A stretch of 64,000 nucleotides of DNA from Dehalococcoidia bacterium (GCA_965249275.1 CBDFLQ010000007.1:544001-608000), one strand, 5' to 3'. Shown: positions 18,194 through 27,879, numbered from the stretch's first letter. Notes: a model not told the origin generated them from the letters alone. Translations and numbers: made by a program.

Positions 18194-19699
18194 TCACTCT
18201 TCCGCCTGCGACAACACGTAGTTGATCAGCGTCCTTACCGGCACCCCGGTCGCGCCCTTCACGACGTAGCCCTTCGTCTTACTCGACATGAAGGTCCCAG
18301 CGATGTCCAGGTGCACCCAAGGAGTATCCTCGCTGAATTCGGAGAGGAACTGAGCCGCGGTTATCGAACCCGCCGGCCTGCCACCCGTGTTCTTCACGTC
18401 CGCAACGTCGCTTTTGTTCTGCTCCTTGTATTCATCAAACAGAGGCAGCTGCCAAATCTTCTCCCCCGCCTCCTTCCCCGCCCCGATCACGCTCTCGACC
18501 AGGTCCTGGTCATTCCCGAATACCCCCGAGCTCACGTGCCCCAGGGCTATGACTATGGCTCCGGTAAGTGTCGCAATGTCCACCATCGAGGTGAGGCCAA
18601 TCTTCCGGCCGTAGGAGAGGGCGTCGGCGAGCAGAAGCCTGCCTTCGGCGTCGGTGTTCTCAATCTCGATGGTCTTGCCGTTCATCGCCCTTACCACGTC
18701 GCCCGGCTTCTGGGCCGCACCTCCGGGCAGGTTCTCGGATGCGGGGACGAGGCCCGTGACGTTGATCTTCGGCTTAAGCTTCCCTATAGCTCCCATCGTA
18801 GCTATAACCGACGCCCCACCCGACATGTCGCCCTTCATCTCGCCCATATTGGCCGCCGGCTTGAGAGATATTCCTCCCGAGTCGAAGGTCACTCCTTTCC
18901 CAACGAGCCCAATGTTCTTATCGGCTCCGTCTCCCGCGCCGCGATATCGCAATATGATGAACTTTGGCGGCTGGCGGGTCCCCTTGGCGACACCGGCAAT
19001 TGCCCCCATCCCCAGCCCGTCCATCTGCATCTCGTCCAGCACCTCGACTTCCAGCCCCGACTCCTCTGCGACCCGCTCAGCCGTGGCGGCCATGTCTGTC
19101 GGCGTCATGTAGTTGGCCGGTTCGTTGGCCATGTCTCGGGCCAGGTTAGCCGCCTCGGCGATCACCCTACCCTTCTCCACGCCTGCTTCCAGCACTGCCA
19201 GCTTCGAGTCGTCCACCTCCACCAAGGTCAGTGTCTCAATTTCGCCTGTCTCGGGCGCAGTGGTCCGGTGCTTGGAAAACCTATACGTCCCAAGCACGCT
19301 GCCCTCGGCTATCGCGCACGCCGACTCCCCGGCATCCATTCCACCTATCCCTGCCCCGTGCACGATCGTCGCAATCCTCCTCACGCCCTTCGCCCGGAGG
19401 TTGCGGCAGAGACCGCCCATCACCCGGCGCACGGTGTCCTCATCGAACTTCTCTTTTTTGCCCAGGCCAACCACCACTACCCGCTTTGGAGCAATTTTGC
19501 CCATCGTGTGCAGCTGGACTATCTCTCCCTCCTTGCCCGTCAACTCGCCATCGGCTATCAGGTTGCTGATAGCCCGGTCCAGCGCCATGTCCACCGCTCC
19601 CGTGCCGCCGCCCGGCTGCTTGACCCCCTCGAACAGGTTGACCACCGCAGCGTCGGTTTTCAGTTCCGTTATGTTGCCTTGGACAACGGTTATTTCCAT
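18194..19699 (-). CDS. pepA: Leucyl aminopeptidase (M17)
   Basis: GKGVTFDSGG, MKGDMSG, NTDAEGRL and WVHLDIAG motifs. Confidence 0.95.
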   Translation of the reverse strand: MEITVVQGNITELKTDAAVVNLFEGVKQPGGGTGAVDMALDRAISNLIADGELTGKEGEIVQLHTMGKIAPKRVVVVGLGKKEKFDEDTVRRVMGGLCRNLRAKGVRRIATIVHGAGIGGMDAGESACAIAEGSVLGTYRFSKHRTTAPETGEIETLTLVEVDDSKLAVLEAGVEKGRVIAEAANLARDMANEPANYMTPTDMAATAERVAEESGLEVEVLDEMQMDGLGMGAIAGVAKGTRQPPKFIILRYRGAGDGADKNIGLVGKGVTFDSGGISLKPAANMGEMKGDMSGGASVIATMGAIGKLKPKINVTGLVPASENLPGGAAQKPGDVVRAMNGKTIEIENTDAEGRLLLADALSYGRKIGLTSMVDIATLTGAIVIALGHVSSGVFGNDQDLVESVIGAGKEAGEKIWQLPLFDEYKEQNKSDVADVKNTGGRPAGSITAAQFLSEFSEDTPWVHLDIAGTFMSSKTKGYVVKGATGVPVRTLINYVLSQAEE

Positions 19700-19712
19700 T
19701 TATGAGTCTCCT

Positions 19713-20348
19713 CTAGTCTCCGTTTATGACTTTCAGTTTATTCGATATTTTCACGATTGCCGGTGTTATGTCTTTCGAAGTATCTACGACAAAGTGAGGT
19801 CTCGCCACTGGCTCCTCGCGGGCCTTCATCTTCAAATAGACGTCCCATCCCGCATTCGACGCTCCGTCCTTCGAAAGCCCCCGCTCCCGACGCCTGAGTC
19901 TCCGGCGCACTTCGCTCTCCGGCGCCTTTACCCTTACCACTACTACCTCCGCCCCCCTTCCCTCCGCCGCCGTGTATGAATAGGCTCGGTCCCTCTCCGT
20001 AACGTTTGTAGCGTCCAACAGGACGGGTACGCCGTTGTCCAGTAGCTCATCCATCAGCCTGCGGCACGCTGCAAACACTCGAAGGTTCTCCTCGGCATTA
20101 TACGCGGGCACAACCATCAATGCCTTCCGCGCCGCGTCCGACTCTATCATCTGCACCCGCGCTTCGGCGGCCAGGCGCCGCGCGAAATGGGTCTTGCCGG
20201 CCCCCGGTAGCCCACACATCAATACCAGGTACGGATTGGCAACGGGCGGCGGGGGTGCAGGGAGGCGACTCTTCAGCAGTTCCACGTCGGCTTCCAGCCG
20301 AACGGCAGGGTCGTCTACTCTTGCAAGGTCAGGGCGATGGCAGGCCAT
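19713..20348 (-). CDS. P-loop kinase (AAA_33-like)
   Basis: LMCGLPGAGKT, ESD..RK and VLLDATN motifs. Start position uncertain. Confidence 0.8.
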   Translation of the reverse strand: MACHRPDLARVDDPAVRLEADVELLKSRLPAPPPPVANPYLVLMCGLPGAGKTHFARRLAAEARVQMIESDAARKALMVVPAYNAEENLRVFAACRRLMDELLDNGVPVLLDATNVTERDRAYSYTAAEGRGAEVVVVRVKAPESEVRRRLRRRERGLSKDGASNAGWDVYLKMKAREEPVARPHFVVDTSKDITPAIVKISNKLKVINGD

Positions 20349-20372
20349 TCAATCGCACCGCGGCTCGAGCCG

Positions 20373-21062
20373 CTACCTCGTCACCCGGTCATAAAGGGCC
20401 CTGTTCCGCACAACCTGTTTCAGGTCCTTTCCCTCTGCGATGTCGTCCGACAACCCACCCGTTATACGGCGCACCACGATTGCGATAGCCATAGCCAGCA
20501 AGGCCCGAACAACGGGCTTGGGCTCATTCATTAGCCATGCAAACAGCGGCATGCCCACCCAGCCCGCAAGCATCCCCAGGGGAACTTCATCGGTGCTTTT
20601 GCTGGGGAACTTCATACGCTGCTTCCACGTCAGGTCGTTCCGCATCATGATTGGGAGAGACCTTATCGCTCCTCCGGCAAGCATCGGAATGAGCGCCATT
20701 AGGAACGACTTCGGACTTAGCGTCAATGCCAAGCCGATCGCCGAGGAGTTTCCCCTGCCGCCGTCGAATTTCTTGAAGACGGGCCACATCTGCGCAATCA
20801 GGCCGGCCACCGACCCCGCACACCCCACCCCCTTGCCCAACCCCAGTACACCGGCCACCATCGCCGGCAGCGCACCCTTCCCGACATCGAATGCTCCACC
20901 AATCATCCCGCTCATCGCACCCGACGTCTGCCACAGATTGCCCGCGCCCACGTTGCCTGTGCCGACTTTTCGGAGGTTCGTGCCCTTCTTCTTAGCCAAT
21001 ACCTCGGTGACGGGCAACGATCCGTACAGATAGCAGACCAATATGTAAAGTGCCTTAAACAA
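20373..21062 (-). CDS. PlsY-like glycerol-3-phosphate acyltransferase
   Basis: YLYGSLP, LRKVGTGNVGAGN, FDVGKG and WPVF..F.GGRG motifs. Confidence 0.8.
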   Translation of the reverse strand: MFKALYILVCYLYGSLPVTEVLAKKKGTNLRKVGTGNVGAGNLWQTSGAMSGMIGGAFDVGKGALPAMVAGVLGLGKGVGCAGSVAGLIAQMWPVFKKFDGGRGNSSAIGLALTLSPKSFLMALIPMLAGGAIRSLPIMMRNDLTWKQRMKFPSKSTDEVPLGMLAGWVGMPLFAWLMNEPKPVVRALLAMAIAIVVRRITGGLSDDIAEGKDLKQVVRNRALYDRVTR

Positions 21063-21080
21063 ACCGCTCTTCCCCGTTAC

Positions 21081-21938
21081 TTATCCGGTGTAATAAGTGA
21101 GACCCAGGACCCCGGGGCCCGTGTAGATGCCCATAACCGGTGTCAGGTGGGACATCAGCAGCTCGGCGCAGTCTACCGTCTCTCCGACAATACGGGCAAA
21201 CGCCTCGGCTTCCTCCGGAACGTTGGCATGCAGGACTGCCACCCGCACCGTCTCCTTCCCTTCCGTGTCCCTCTTCAGCATTCTCAAGATTTTGCCTTCG
21301 GCGGCCTGACGACTTCTCGCTACCGTTACGGGTTTCACCTGTCCCGTCTTCAACGAGAGTATCGGCTTCAACCCGATGAGCGATGCTCCCCACGTGGCGA
21401 TTCTCGGGAACCGGCCGCTGCGGCCCAGGTACTTAAACGTGTCGATCACGGCCACCAAACGCACCCGGGACCTGACCGATTCGGCTACGCGCGTGACCTC
21501 CTCCAATGATGCTCCCTCCGCCGCCGCCCGAGCCGCCGCCAGCACCACGAACCCCTGTAGCATTGCCGCTCCACCCGAGTCCATGATTTCGACTTGTGTA
21601 GGCGAGGAGTCTGTAACCACCATTCCCTTAGCCACAGTCGCCGCTCGGTGCATACCACTGAACCTCGACGATACGGTGATGCAAAGTATCGCCTCGAAGT
21701 TCCCAATGAGGTCCTCGAACGTCTCCACGTACGCTCCCGGCGATGCGGGGGATGTAGTCGGCGGCTTCTCGGAGGTTTCCAGGCGTCGGTAGAAGTCGGC
21801 CATGTCTAGCGTAGGATCGTCGGACACCACGGTGTCGCCAAAAACATAGGTAAGGGGTACGACGCGAATGCCAAGCTCCTGAGAGAGCTCATGAGGTATG
21901 CAGGAGGTGCTGTCGGTTACTATGGCTACCTTAGGCAT
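21081..21938 (-). CDS. DegV/FakB family fatty-acid-binding protein
   Basis: IVTDSTS, PTTSPASP, SSRFSG, YL.RSGR and GIYTGPG motifs. Confidence 0.92.
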   Translation of the reverse strand: MPKVAIVTDSTSCIPHELSQELGIRVVPLTYVFGDTVVSDDPTLDMADFYRRLETSEKPPTTSPASPGAYVETFEDLIGNFEAILCITVSSRFSGMHRAATVAKGMVVTDSSPTQVEIMDSGGAAMLQGFVVLAAARAAAEGASLEEVTRVAESVRSRVRLVAVIDTFKYLGRSGRFPRIATWGASLIGLKPILSLKTGQVKPVTVARSRQAAEGKILRMLKRDTEGKETVRVAVLHANVPEEAEAFARIVGETVDCAELLMSHLTPVMGIYTGPGVLGLTYYTG

Positions 21939-22016
21939 CGCTTGATAACAGGGAAGAAGCCGGGCGTCGTTCCGCCCCCGAGTCCAACGATGATATAGGG
22001 TATCAGGCTAACTACG

Positions 22017-22280
22017 CTAGCCCAGTCTTCCGGAGACGAGGGAGACTACCCATAGGAGCAGCACCGCAACCATCGGGCTGAAATCCAGTGTGCCGCCCCG
22101 GTACACCAGCTTCCTGATCGGGGCCAGGATTGGCTCCGTCACCCTGTAAAGGACGTGCATCAGAGAGGCGACCCACTGCCGGTCCGTCCCCATTGGGAAG
22201 ACCATGCTCAGGATCATGCGGGCAATTATCATCCAGGAGAGGACTTGAGTCAGCGCTGCGATAAAGGTGAATATCACCAA
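22017..22280 (-). CDS. YggT family membrane protein
   Basis: TEPILAPIRK...LDFSPMVA motif; lies next to proC. Confidence 0.88.
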   Translation of the reverse strand: MVIFTFIAALTQVLSWMIIARMILSMVFPMGTDRQWVASLMHVLYRVTEPILAPIRKLVYRGGTLDFSPMVAVLLLWVVSLVSGRLG

Positions 22281-22281
22281 A

Positions 22282-23079
22282 TCAACCCACCCTCTGAGCT
22301 TTGTGGTATGCCTCGACTACGGCCCTGATAAACAGGCCCCTGAGTCCGCCCTCTTCCAGGACCAGCAGCGCCTCGGCAGTCGTGCCTCCGGGGGAGGTCA
22401 CCATGTTCTTCAACGCCGCCGCGTGCACCCCCGACTCCTTGTACAGCATCGCCGACCCCAGCACCGTTTCCAGCACCAGTTTCTCCGACACGTCCCTGGA
22501 CAGCCCCACGTGCACCCCCGCATCTATCAACGATTCGATGATCAAGAAGGTGTAGGCCGGGCCGCCGCCGCTCAGGGCCGTCGCCATGTCCAGGTACTTC
22601 TCGTCCTCTACGTAGATCTCCTCACCCAAGGCCTGAAGTATCTGGGATCCCGCTTCCCTGGCCTCGGGGCCCGCGCCGTCCGCAGTGGTCCACATCGTTA
22701 TCCCGCGGCCTATCTGGGCCGGGGTGTTGGGCATTGCTCTCACCAGAACGTCGTGGCCCAGCCCCGAATGCAGGGTGTCGAGCTTCACGCCGGCCGCTAT
22801 GGACACGACCACCTGGTTCGGACCAACTCGGCCCTGCAGTTCCTTCAGTACGTAGGGCATGACCTGGGGCTTTACCGCCAATACCACAGCCTCACGGTCT
22901 TCCAGGGCCGAAAGATTGTCTTCCGCGGCACCCACCCCATAGGTCTTCACCAAGGCCATGCGTCGGGGCTCGAGGGGCTCGCTGACAAGGATGTCGGGAG
23001 CCTTGGCGACTCCCCGTTCGATGACGCCGCGGACTATGGCCTCGGCCATAACTCCGCCGCCGATAAAAGACAGTTTTAT
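22282..23079 (-). CDS. proC: Pyrroline-5-carboxylate reductase (probable ATA start)
   Basis: (M)KLSFIGGGVMA, LAVKPQ, RAMPNTP, ALSGGGPAY and VTSPGGTT motifs. AAGGAGG precedes ATA at 23077-23079. Confidence 0.92.
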   Translation of the reverse strand: MKLSFIGGGVMAEAIVRGVIERGVAKAPDILVSEPLEPRRMALVKTYGVGAAEDNLSALEDREAVVLAVKPQVMPYVLKELQGRVGPNQVVVSIAAGVKLDTLHSGLGHDVLVRAMPNTPAQIGRGITMWTTADGAGPEAREAGSQILQALGEEIYVEDEKYLDMATALSGGGPAYTFLIIESLIDAGVHVGLSRDVSEKLVLETVLGSAMLYKESGVHAAALKNMVTSPGGTTAEALLVLEEGGLRGLFIRAVVEAYHKAQRVG

Positions 23080-23181
23080 GCTGGGCCTCCTTAAGACGAC
23101 GTTGCAGCTACTGGCCTTGCACGGCCGGAAGCTGCATAGTAGATTATATCACTCACGCCCGGATCGAACGTGTTTTTGGGT

Positions 23182-23332
23182 AAAAGAGTGGGCACCCTGG
23201 GGGGAGGTGGCGCCCAAGGGTGCCCGAGGTCGTGTGCGCTGGGAGGAACAGCGCACCGGGGTACAGGCAGAGGGGAGATTAGCCCGATGGCTCGGGCCAC
23301 GTTCTGGGGGAGCGTTCTCCCCGACTGCCCTC
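23182..23332 (-). ncRNA. Candidate multi-hairpin sRNA or 3'UTR with C-rich (CCUCC) loops, ending in a terminator
   Basis: Hairpins GUGCGCUG-UUCCUCC-CAGCGCAC and GGGCACCCU..ACCUCC..AGGGUGCCC followed by ACUCUUUU, plus a branched domain closed by GGCAG..GGGGAGA/UCUCCCC..CUGCC. Confidence 0.5.
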
Positions 23333-23348
23333 AGTTGATATTAAGAAT

Positions 23349-25736
23349 TTATCCGCATTTGTTGTATCCACATCCGTAGCACGTCACGCAGCCTTCCTGG
23401 TAGACCAGGTTTCCGTTGCACTCCGCGCATCGGCCCGAATAGGTCGTCTTTCCATTACCGTTTCCGTTGCCGTTCTTTTCCATCTGCGGCAGTGGGATCT
23501 GCGCACTGACCACCGCCGAATCGGCCGTTTCTACCCAATCCTTATGCTCCATCAGGTGCCGCGACAGCACGAGCGCCACCGCGTCCGGCCCCGACTTCAC
23601 CAACTCTCCTTCGTTCCAGGCCGGGCAGCAGGTTATGCCCCTTAGCTGGTCGATCACGTCCTCAGGCTCGATACCCGAGCGCAGCGCCAGAGACGTCAGC
23701 CGCGATATCGCTTCCAGCTGCGCCGAGTCGCAACCCCCGGCCTTGCCCAGGTTGGAGAAGACTTCAAAGGGACTCTTCTCCTCATCGAAATTGACGGTCA
23801 CGTACATGTTCCCGTGACCCGTGTGTACTTTTTCGGTAATGCCCTGCACCTTGGACGGCCTGCGTCTTGGCGTCGGGCTCGCCGCCACGGGCTGCTCGCC
23901 ACTGCGGGCTTTTTCAGTCTGGCCGATGTTCAATACCTGCTTGCTCTTGCTGCCGTCCCGGTAGATGGTCACACCTTTGCAACCTTCTTGGTAGGCAAGC
24001 ATGTACACCTTGCGCACGTCTTCTATGGTGGCGTTGTTTGCGAAGTTCACGGTCTTGGAAACCGCGTTGTCCGTGTATTTCTGGAACGCCGCCTGCATCT
24101 TCACATGCCACTCGGGGCTTATGTCGTGGGAGGTTACGAAGACATCCTGCACCCACTGGGGCACTTCATCCATGCCCTGCGCGCTCCCGTGGTCCGCCAG
24201 CTTTTCCATCAGTTCGGGGCTGTAGAACCCCTCCCGACGGGCCACCGCCTCGAAATACGGGTTCACTTCCACCAGGCGGGCATTGTCCATCACGTGCCTG
24301 ACATAGCTCAGCGCAAACAGCGGCTCTATGCCACTGGAGCAGTTGGCGATAATGCTGATTGTGCCGGTAGGAGCAATGGTAGTCCTGGTGGAGTTCCGCA
24401 TCGGCCTCGGGCCCAGTTTCCCGTCCGGACCGTACTCCGAGTCATCCCAGTCCAGGAAGTTCCCTCTCTCCGCCGCAAGCTGCTCCGACGCTCCCGACGC
24501 CTTTTCGTCGATGAACCTCATGATCTGTTCGCCCAGGTCCAGCGCACTCTGTGAGTCGTACGGAATGCCCAGAAGGATGAGCGTATCCGCCCAACCCATG
24601 ACGCCGAGACCTATCCGCCGGATACTCGTCGACGTTTCGGCGATCTCCGGGATCGGGTATTTGTTCATGGTGACCACGTTGTCCAGGAACCGGACAGAGG
24701 TCTCGACCACGGTTCCCAGCCCGTCCCAGTTCACACCGGGCCCACCCTCTGCTTCCACCACGAACTTGGCGAGGTTAATCGACCCCAGGTTGCAGGAGTC
24801 GTATGAGTACAACGGCTGCTCGCCGCACGGGTTGGTGGCCTGGATCGGGCCTCTCTTCGGTACGGGGTTGGAGCGCGCGTCGTTCATCCGGTCGATAAAG
24901 ATGATTCCCGGGTCACCCGTCTTCCAGGCGCTTTCCACCATCTCGTCGAACATGGGCTTGGCGTCTACCGACTTAACCTTCTCATTGTTGTGGGGATTTA
25001 CCAAGTCGTGTCTGCCGCCGGTCTCCACCAGTTGCATGAACCGCTCGGTAACAGCCACCGAGATATTGAAGTTCTGCAGTGATGTGTCGTCATCCTTCGA
25101 GTGGATGAACTTGATAACGTCGGGGTGGCCCACGTCGAGAATGCCCATGTTGGCCCCGCGCCGAGTCCCGCCCTGCTTCACCACGTCTGTTGCCGTGTCG
25201 AAGATTCGGATGAAGGAGACCGGCCCGCTGGCCACGCCACCCGTAGACCCGACTCTGTCGCTCTCGGGCCTCAGGTTGGAGAAGGCAAACCCAGTGCCGC
25301 CACCGCTCTTATGTATAACGGCAGTGTGCTTCGCCGCTTCAAATATTCCGTCTATCGAGTCCGGCACCGCCAGCACGAAGCACGCCGAAAGCTGCTGCAA
25401 TTCTCGGCCTGCGTTCATCAGGGTCGGAGAGTTCGGCATGAACTGGTTGCGGGCCATCATCTGGTAGAACCGCTCTGCCAGCTCCTCCATCTCCAACGCG
25501 TTAGCGCCATACTCCTTGTCACCTTGAGCTATGTTCCGCGCCACGCGGCGGTAAAGGTTCTCCGGCACTTCAACCGGCTTGCCTTTCGCGTCTTTGACCA
25601 AGTACCGCCGATTGAGAACGGCAATGCCGTTCTCAGACACCAGTGGCAACTTATTGCCTTGGCTATCGGAGATTTCTTTGGTCAGGCCTCGCACCATCTG
25701 CGAGTGAACGGTTGTCTTGGTCTCTACCTTCTTCAT
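23349..25736 (-). CDS. nrdJ: Class II (adenosylcobalamin-dependent) ribonucleotide reductase
   Basis: PNSPTLMNAG, SACFV, RRGANM, ATNPCGEQ, TIAPTGT and TIYRDGS motifs. C-terminal TSCPD-like domain and EGC..C..CG..KC. Confidence 0.94.
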   Translation of the reverse strand: MKKVETKTTVHSQMVRGLTKEISDSQGNKLPLVSENGIAVLNRRYLVKDAKGKPVEVPENLYRRVARNIAQGDKEYGANALEMEELAERFYQMMARNQFMPNSPTLMNAGRELQQLSACFVLAVPDSIDGIFEAAKHTAVIHKSGGGTGFAFSNLRPESDRVGSTGGVASGPVSFIRIFDTATDVVKQGGTRRGANMGILDVGHPDVIKFIHSKDDDTSLQNFNISVAVTERFMQLVETGGRHDLVNPHNNEKVKSVDAKPMFDEMVESAWKTGDPGIIFIDRMNDARSNPVPKRGPIQATNPCGEQPLYSYDSCNLGSINLAKFVVEAEGGPGVNWDGLGTVVETSVRFLDNVVTMNKYPIPEIAETSTSIRRIGLGVMGWADTLILLGIPYDSQSALDLGEQIMRFIDEKASGASEQLAAERGNFLDWDDSEYGPDGKLGPRPMRNSTRTTIAPTGTISIIANCSSGIEPLFALSYVRHVMDNARLVEVNPYFEAVARREGFYSPELMEKLADHGSAQGMDEVPQWVQDVFVTSHDISPEWHVKMQAAFQKYTDNAVSKTVNFANNATIEDVRKVYMLAYQEGCKGVTIYRDGSKSKQVLNIGQTEKARSGEQPVAASPTPRRRPSKVQGITEKVHTGHGNMYVTVNFDEEKSPFEVFSNLGKAGGCDSAQLEAISRLTSLALRSGIEPEDVIDQLRGITCCPAWNEGELVKSGPDAVALVLSRHLMEHKDWVETADSAVVSAQIPLPQMEKNGNGNGNGKTTYSGRCAECNGNLVYQEGCVTCYGCGYNKCG

Positions 25737-26056
25737 TGCGCCGAGTCTTCTTTCCCAAGTCCACCTCACTAGAGGCGGGCGATACTTAAATGCTTCGAAC
25801 CATTACGAAATATCTTCTGTTGTGCGTAGTCCCCCTCAGCCGGACCCAGCTCCGTGACTGGATGCCAGCGACTCCGTTAAGACATCTGTCATTTCCGACT
25901 CCTCAAAATATCCCTCAGCACTCGCATCTTCGGCGTCCACTTCGTCGGTGCCCTGTTTAGGATTAGTAAGCCGGACTCCGTTCCTGCTCGCCACCACATA
26001 TGTGTCAAGGGGCGTTTTTGCCTTCATCAATTTCATCGCCTATCTCCCTATCGCCT

Positions 26057-26596
26057 CTATGACTGCGAGCGTCCTTCTCTACGCCGCGCTTCCTGACGCC
26101 CCTGCTCGATGAACATCGGCAGCTGCGCCGATGGAGACACGGCAACGGCTGAAGAGCTTAGTAAAGAGTCCACTTCTTCCTTGAACGTTTCCACGTCCTC
26201 AAAATCGCGGTAGACGCTTGCGAACCTGATGTAGGCCACGCGGTCCAGGTCTCTCAGCCGAGTCATCACCATTTCGCCTATGATACCCGTCGGCACCTCG
26301 GCTTTACCGAGCTTCTGCAACTCTTCTTCGATCTCGTCGACCATCTTCTCGATGGATCCCAAGGGCAGGGGTCTTTTGGCACAGGCCTTGTGAATCCCCG
26401 AGGCCAGCTTGGAGCGGTTAAAGAGCTCTCGGCGTCCATCCCCTTTGATCAGGGTGAGCACTGCTCCCTGCACTCGTTCCAAGGTCGTGTAACGGAGCCC
26501 GCAACGGAGGCACTGCCGCCGACGCCGCACCGCACTGTCTACGGTCCTGGAGTCGATGACTTTCGAATCTTCGAAGTCACAAAAGGGACATCTCAA
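26057..26596 (-). CDS. nrdR: Transcriptional repressor NrdR
   Basis: MRCPFC..DSKVIDSR..RRRRQC..C..RYTT.E and VAYIRFASVYRDF motifs. Confidence 0.96.
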   Translation of the reverse strand: MRCPFCDFEDSKVIDSRTVDSAVRRRRQCLRCGLRYTTLERVQGAVLTLIKGDGRRELFNRSKLASGIHKACAKRPLPLGSIEKMVDEIEEELQKLGKAEVPTGIIGEMVMTRLRDLDRVAYIRFASVYRDFEDVETFKEEVDSLLSSSAVAVSPSAQLPMFIEQGRQEARRREGRSQS

Positions 26597-26639
26597 GGTT
26601 TATAGACTCCGTCGGTAAGGGAGGCGTAAAATCCGTAGC

Positions 26640-26687
26640 ACCACAAGATGTAGTGCTAGTTGCTTAAGCTACTACTACATGTTAGCG
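26640..26687. promoter_or_regulatory. Tandem NrdR boxes upstream of nrdR-nrdJ
   Basis: ACCACAAGATGTAGTG and ACTACTACATGTTAGC start 31 bp apart, matching the NrdR-box pattern and spacing, next to a minus-strand TTGACA. Confidence 0.7.
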
Positions 26688-26757
26688 GTGTCAAGCTATG
26701 ACAGCCGCAATTTTTGGGCAAAATCTTTGACTGAGTTCGAATTCAGTTAAAGATTGG

Positions 26758-27879
26758 CTAGCGGAATGACCTGGACGTCCTGGCGCCCGACCCCCGCTTG
26801 AAAAGCCCACCGAACCGAGACCCATTCTTACCGTTCCGCAGCCCGTTCACCCGTCCCTTTAATCTTTCCGGCGCTTCCCGGCCTTGGGACGTGATCACCC
26901 GTCCTTTTGGCAGCTCCTCACCGGTGCTGCCCATCTCCAGTCCCGTGGCTATCAGCGTTATCCGCACCTTCCCCTCCAGCTCCTTGTCCCGCACTACGCC
27001 GAATATCACCAGGGCATCGGGGTTGGACGCCCTGCTCAGCAGCTCTGCCGCCCTGTTGGTCTCGCCCAATGTTAAGTCGTCTCCGCCCGATATGTTCAGC
27101 AGCACGCCGGTCGCGCCATGGAAAGACGATTCCAGCAACGGCGACGCCAGTGCCTGAGTCGTTGCCTTAATCATCCTGTCTTCACCCTCCCCCACCCCAA
27201 TCGCCATGAGTGCATGGCCGCCGTCCTGCATCACGTTGCGAACATCTGCGAAGTCCACGTTGATCTCGCCCGGAACGTTGATTATGTCGGATATAGCCTG
27301 CACTCCCTGGGCAAGGACGTCGTCCACCATGCCAAAGGCTTCCGACATCGGCAAATCGTACTCGCAGGCATCCAGAAGCCGGTTGTTGTCGATAGTGATG
27401 AGGGTGTCGACGTGCTCCACCAACATGTTTATGCCTTCTTCGGCAACGCTCATGCGGGCCCGGCCTTCAAACGAGAACGGCTTGGTGACGACCCCTACGG
27501 TCAAGGCTCCCAATTCCCGCGCCAGTTCCGCGACTATGGGGGCCGCTCCTGTACCGGTGCCCCCACCCATCCCCGCCGCCACGAACACCATGTCGGCGTC
27601 CCCGATCATCTCTTCTATCTCTTCCTTGCTCTCCTCGGCGGCCTTCCAGCCCATGCTGGGATCGCCGCCGCTGCCGAGCCCGTTGGTAGTTGACGGCCCG
27701 ATGCACAGCCGGTTGGGCACCTGCATCAGGTCCAGGGCCTGGGCGTCGGTGTTAATACAGGCAAGGTCCAGGTTCTTGGCCTTGCCGACGGCCATCCGGG
27801 TGACCGCATTGCTTCCCCCACCCCCGACTCCTATGATCTTTACCTTCGCCAGATTGAGCTGCTTTGGCCTTCTTATCAT
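26758..27879 (-). CDS. ftsZ: Cell division protein FtsZ
   Basis: GVGGGGSNA, INTDAQAL, GMGGGTGTG, PFSFEG and T7 loop INVDFADV. Confidence 0.96.
   Translation of the reverse strand: MIRRPKQLNLAKVKIIGVGGGGSNAVTRMAVGKAKNLDLACINTDAQALDLMQVPNRLCIGPSTTNGLGSGGDPSMGWKAAEESKEEIEEMIGDADMVFVAAGMGGGTGTGAAPIVAELARELGALTVGVVTKPFSFEGRARMSVAEEGINMLVEHVDTLITIDNNRLLDACEYDLPMSEAFGMVDDVLAQGVQAISDIINVPGEINVDFADVRNVMQDGGHALMAIGVGEGEDRMIKATTQALASPLLESSFHGATGVLLNISGGDDLTLGETNRAAELLSRASNPDALVIFGVVRDKELEGKVRITLIATGLEMGSTGEELPKGRVITSQGREAPERLKGRVNGLRNGKNGSRFGGLFKRGSGARTSRSFR

Noticed and set aside
18146-19705. 519-aa plus-strand ORF and similar long antisense ORFs (e.g. 14509-15495, 24328-25467, 32201-33190, 34105-35064)
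   Set aside because: These are shadow frames opposite well-supported genes in GC-rich DNA, with no recognisable motifs.
25836-26036. 66-aa ORF between nrdR and nrdJ
   Set aside because: It has a possible RBS but no recognisable domain, and it overlaps a TTGACA/NrdR-box-like sequence near 25990-26008, so it is more likely the nrdJ regulatory region.
25770-26056. Cobalamin riboswitch upstream of nrdJ
   Set aside because: No B12-box or other conserved riboswitch core was recognisable.
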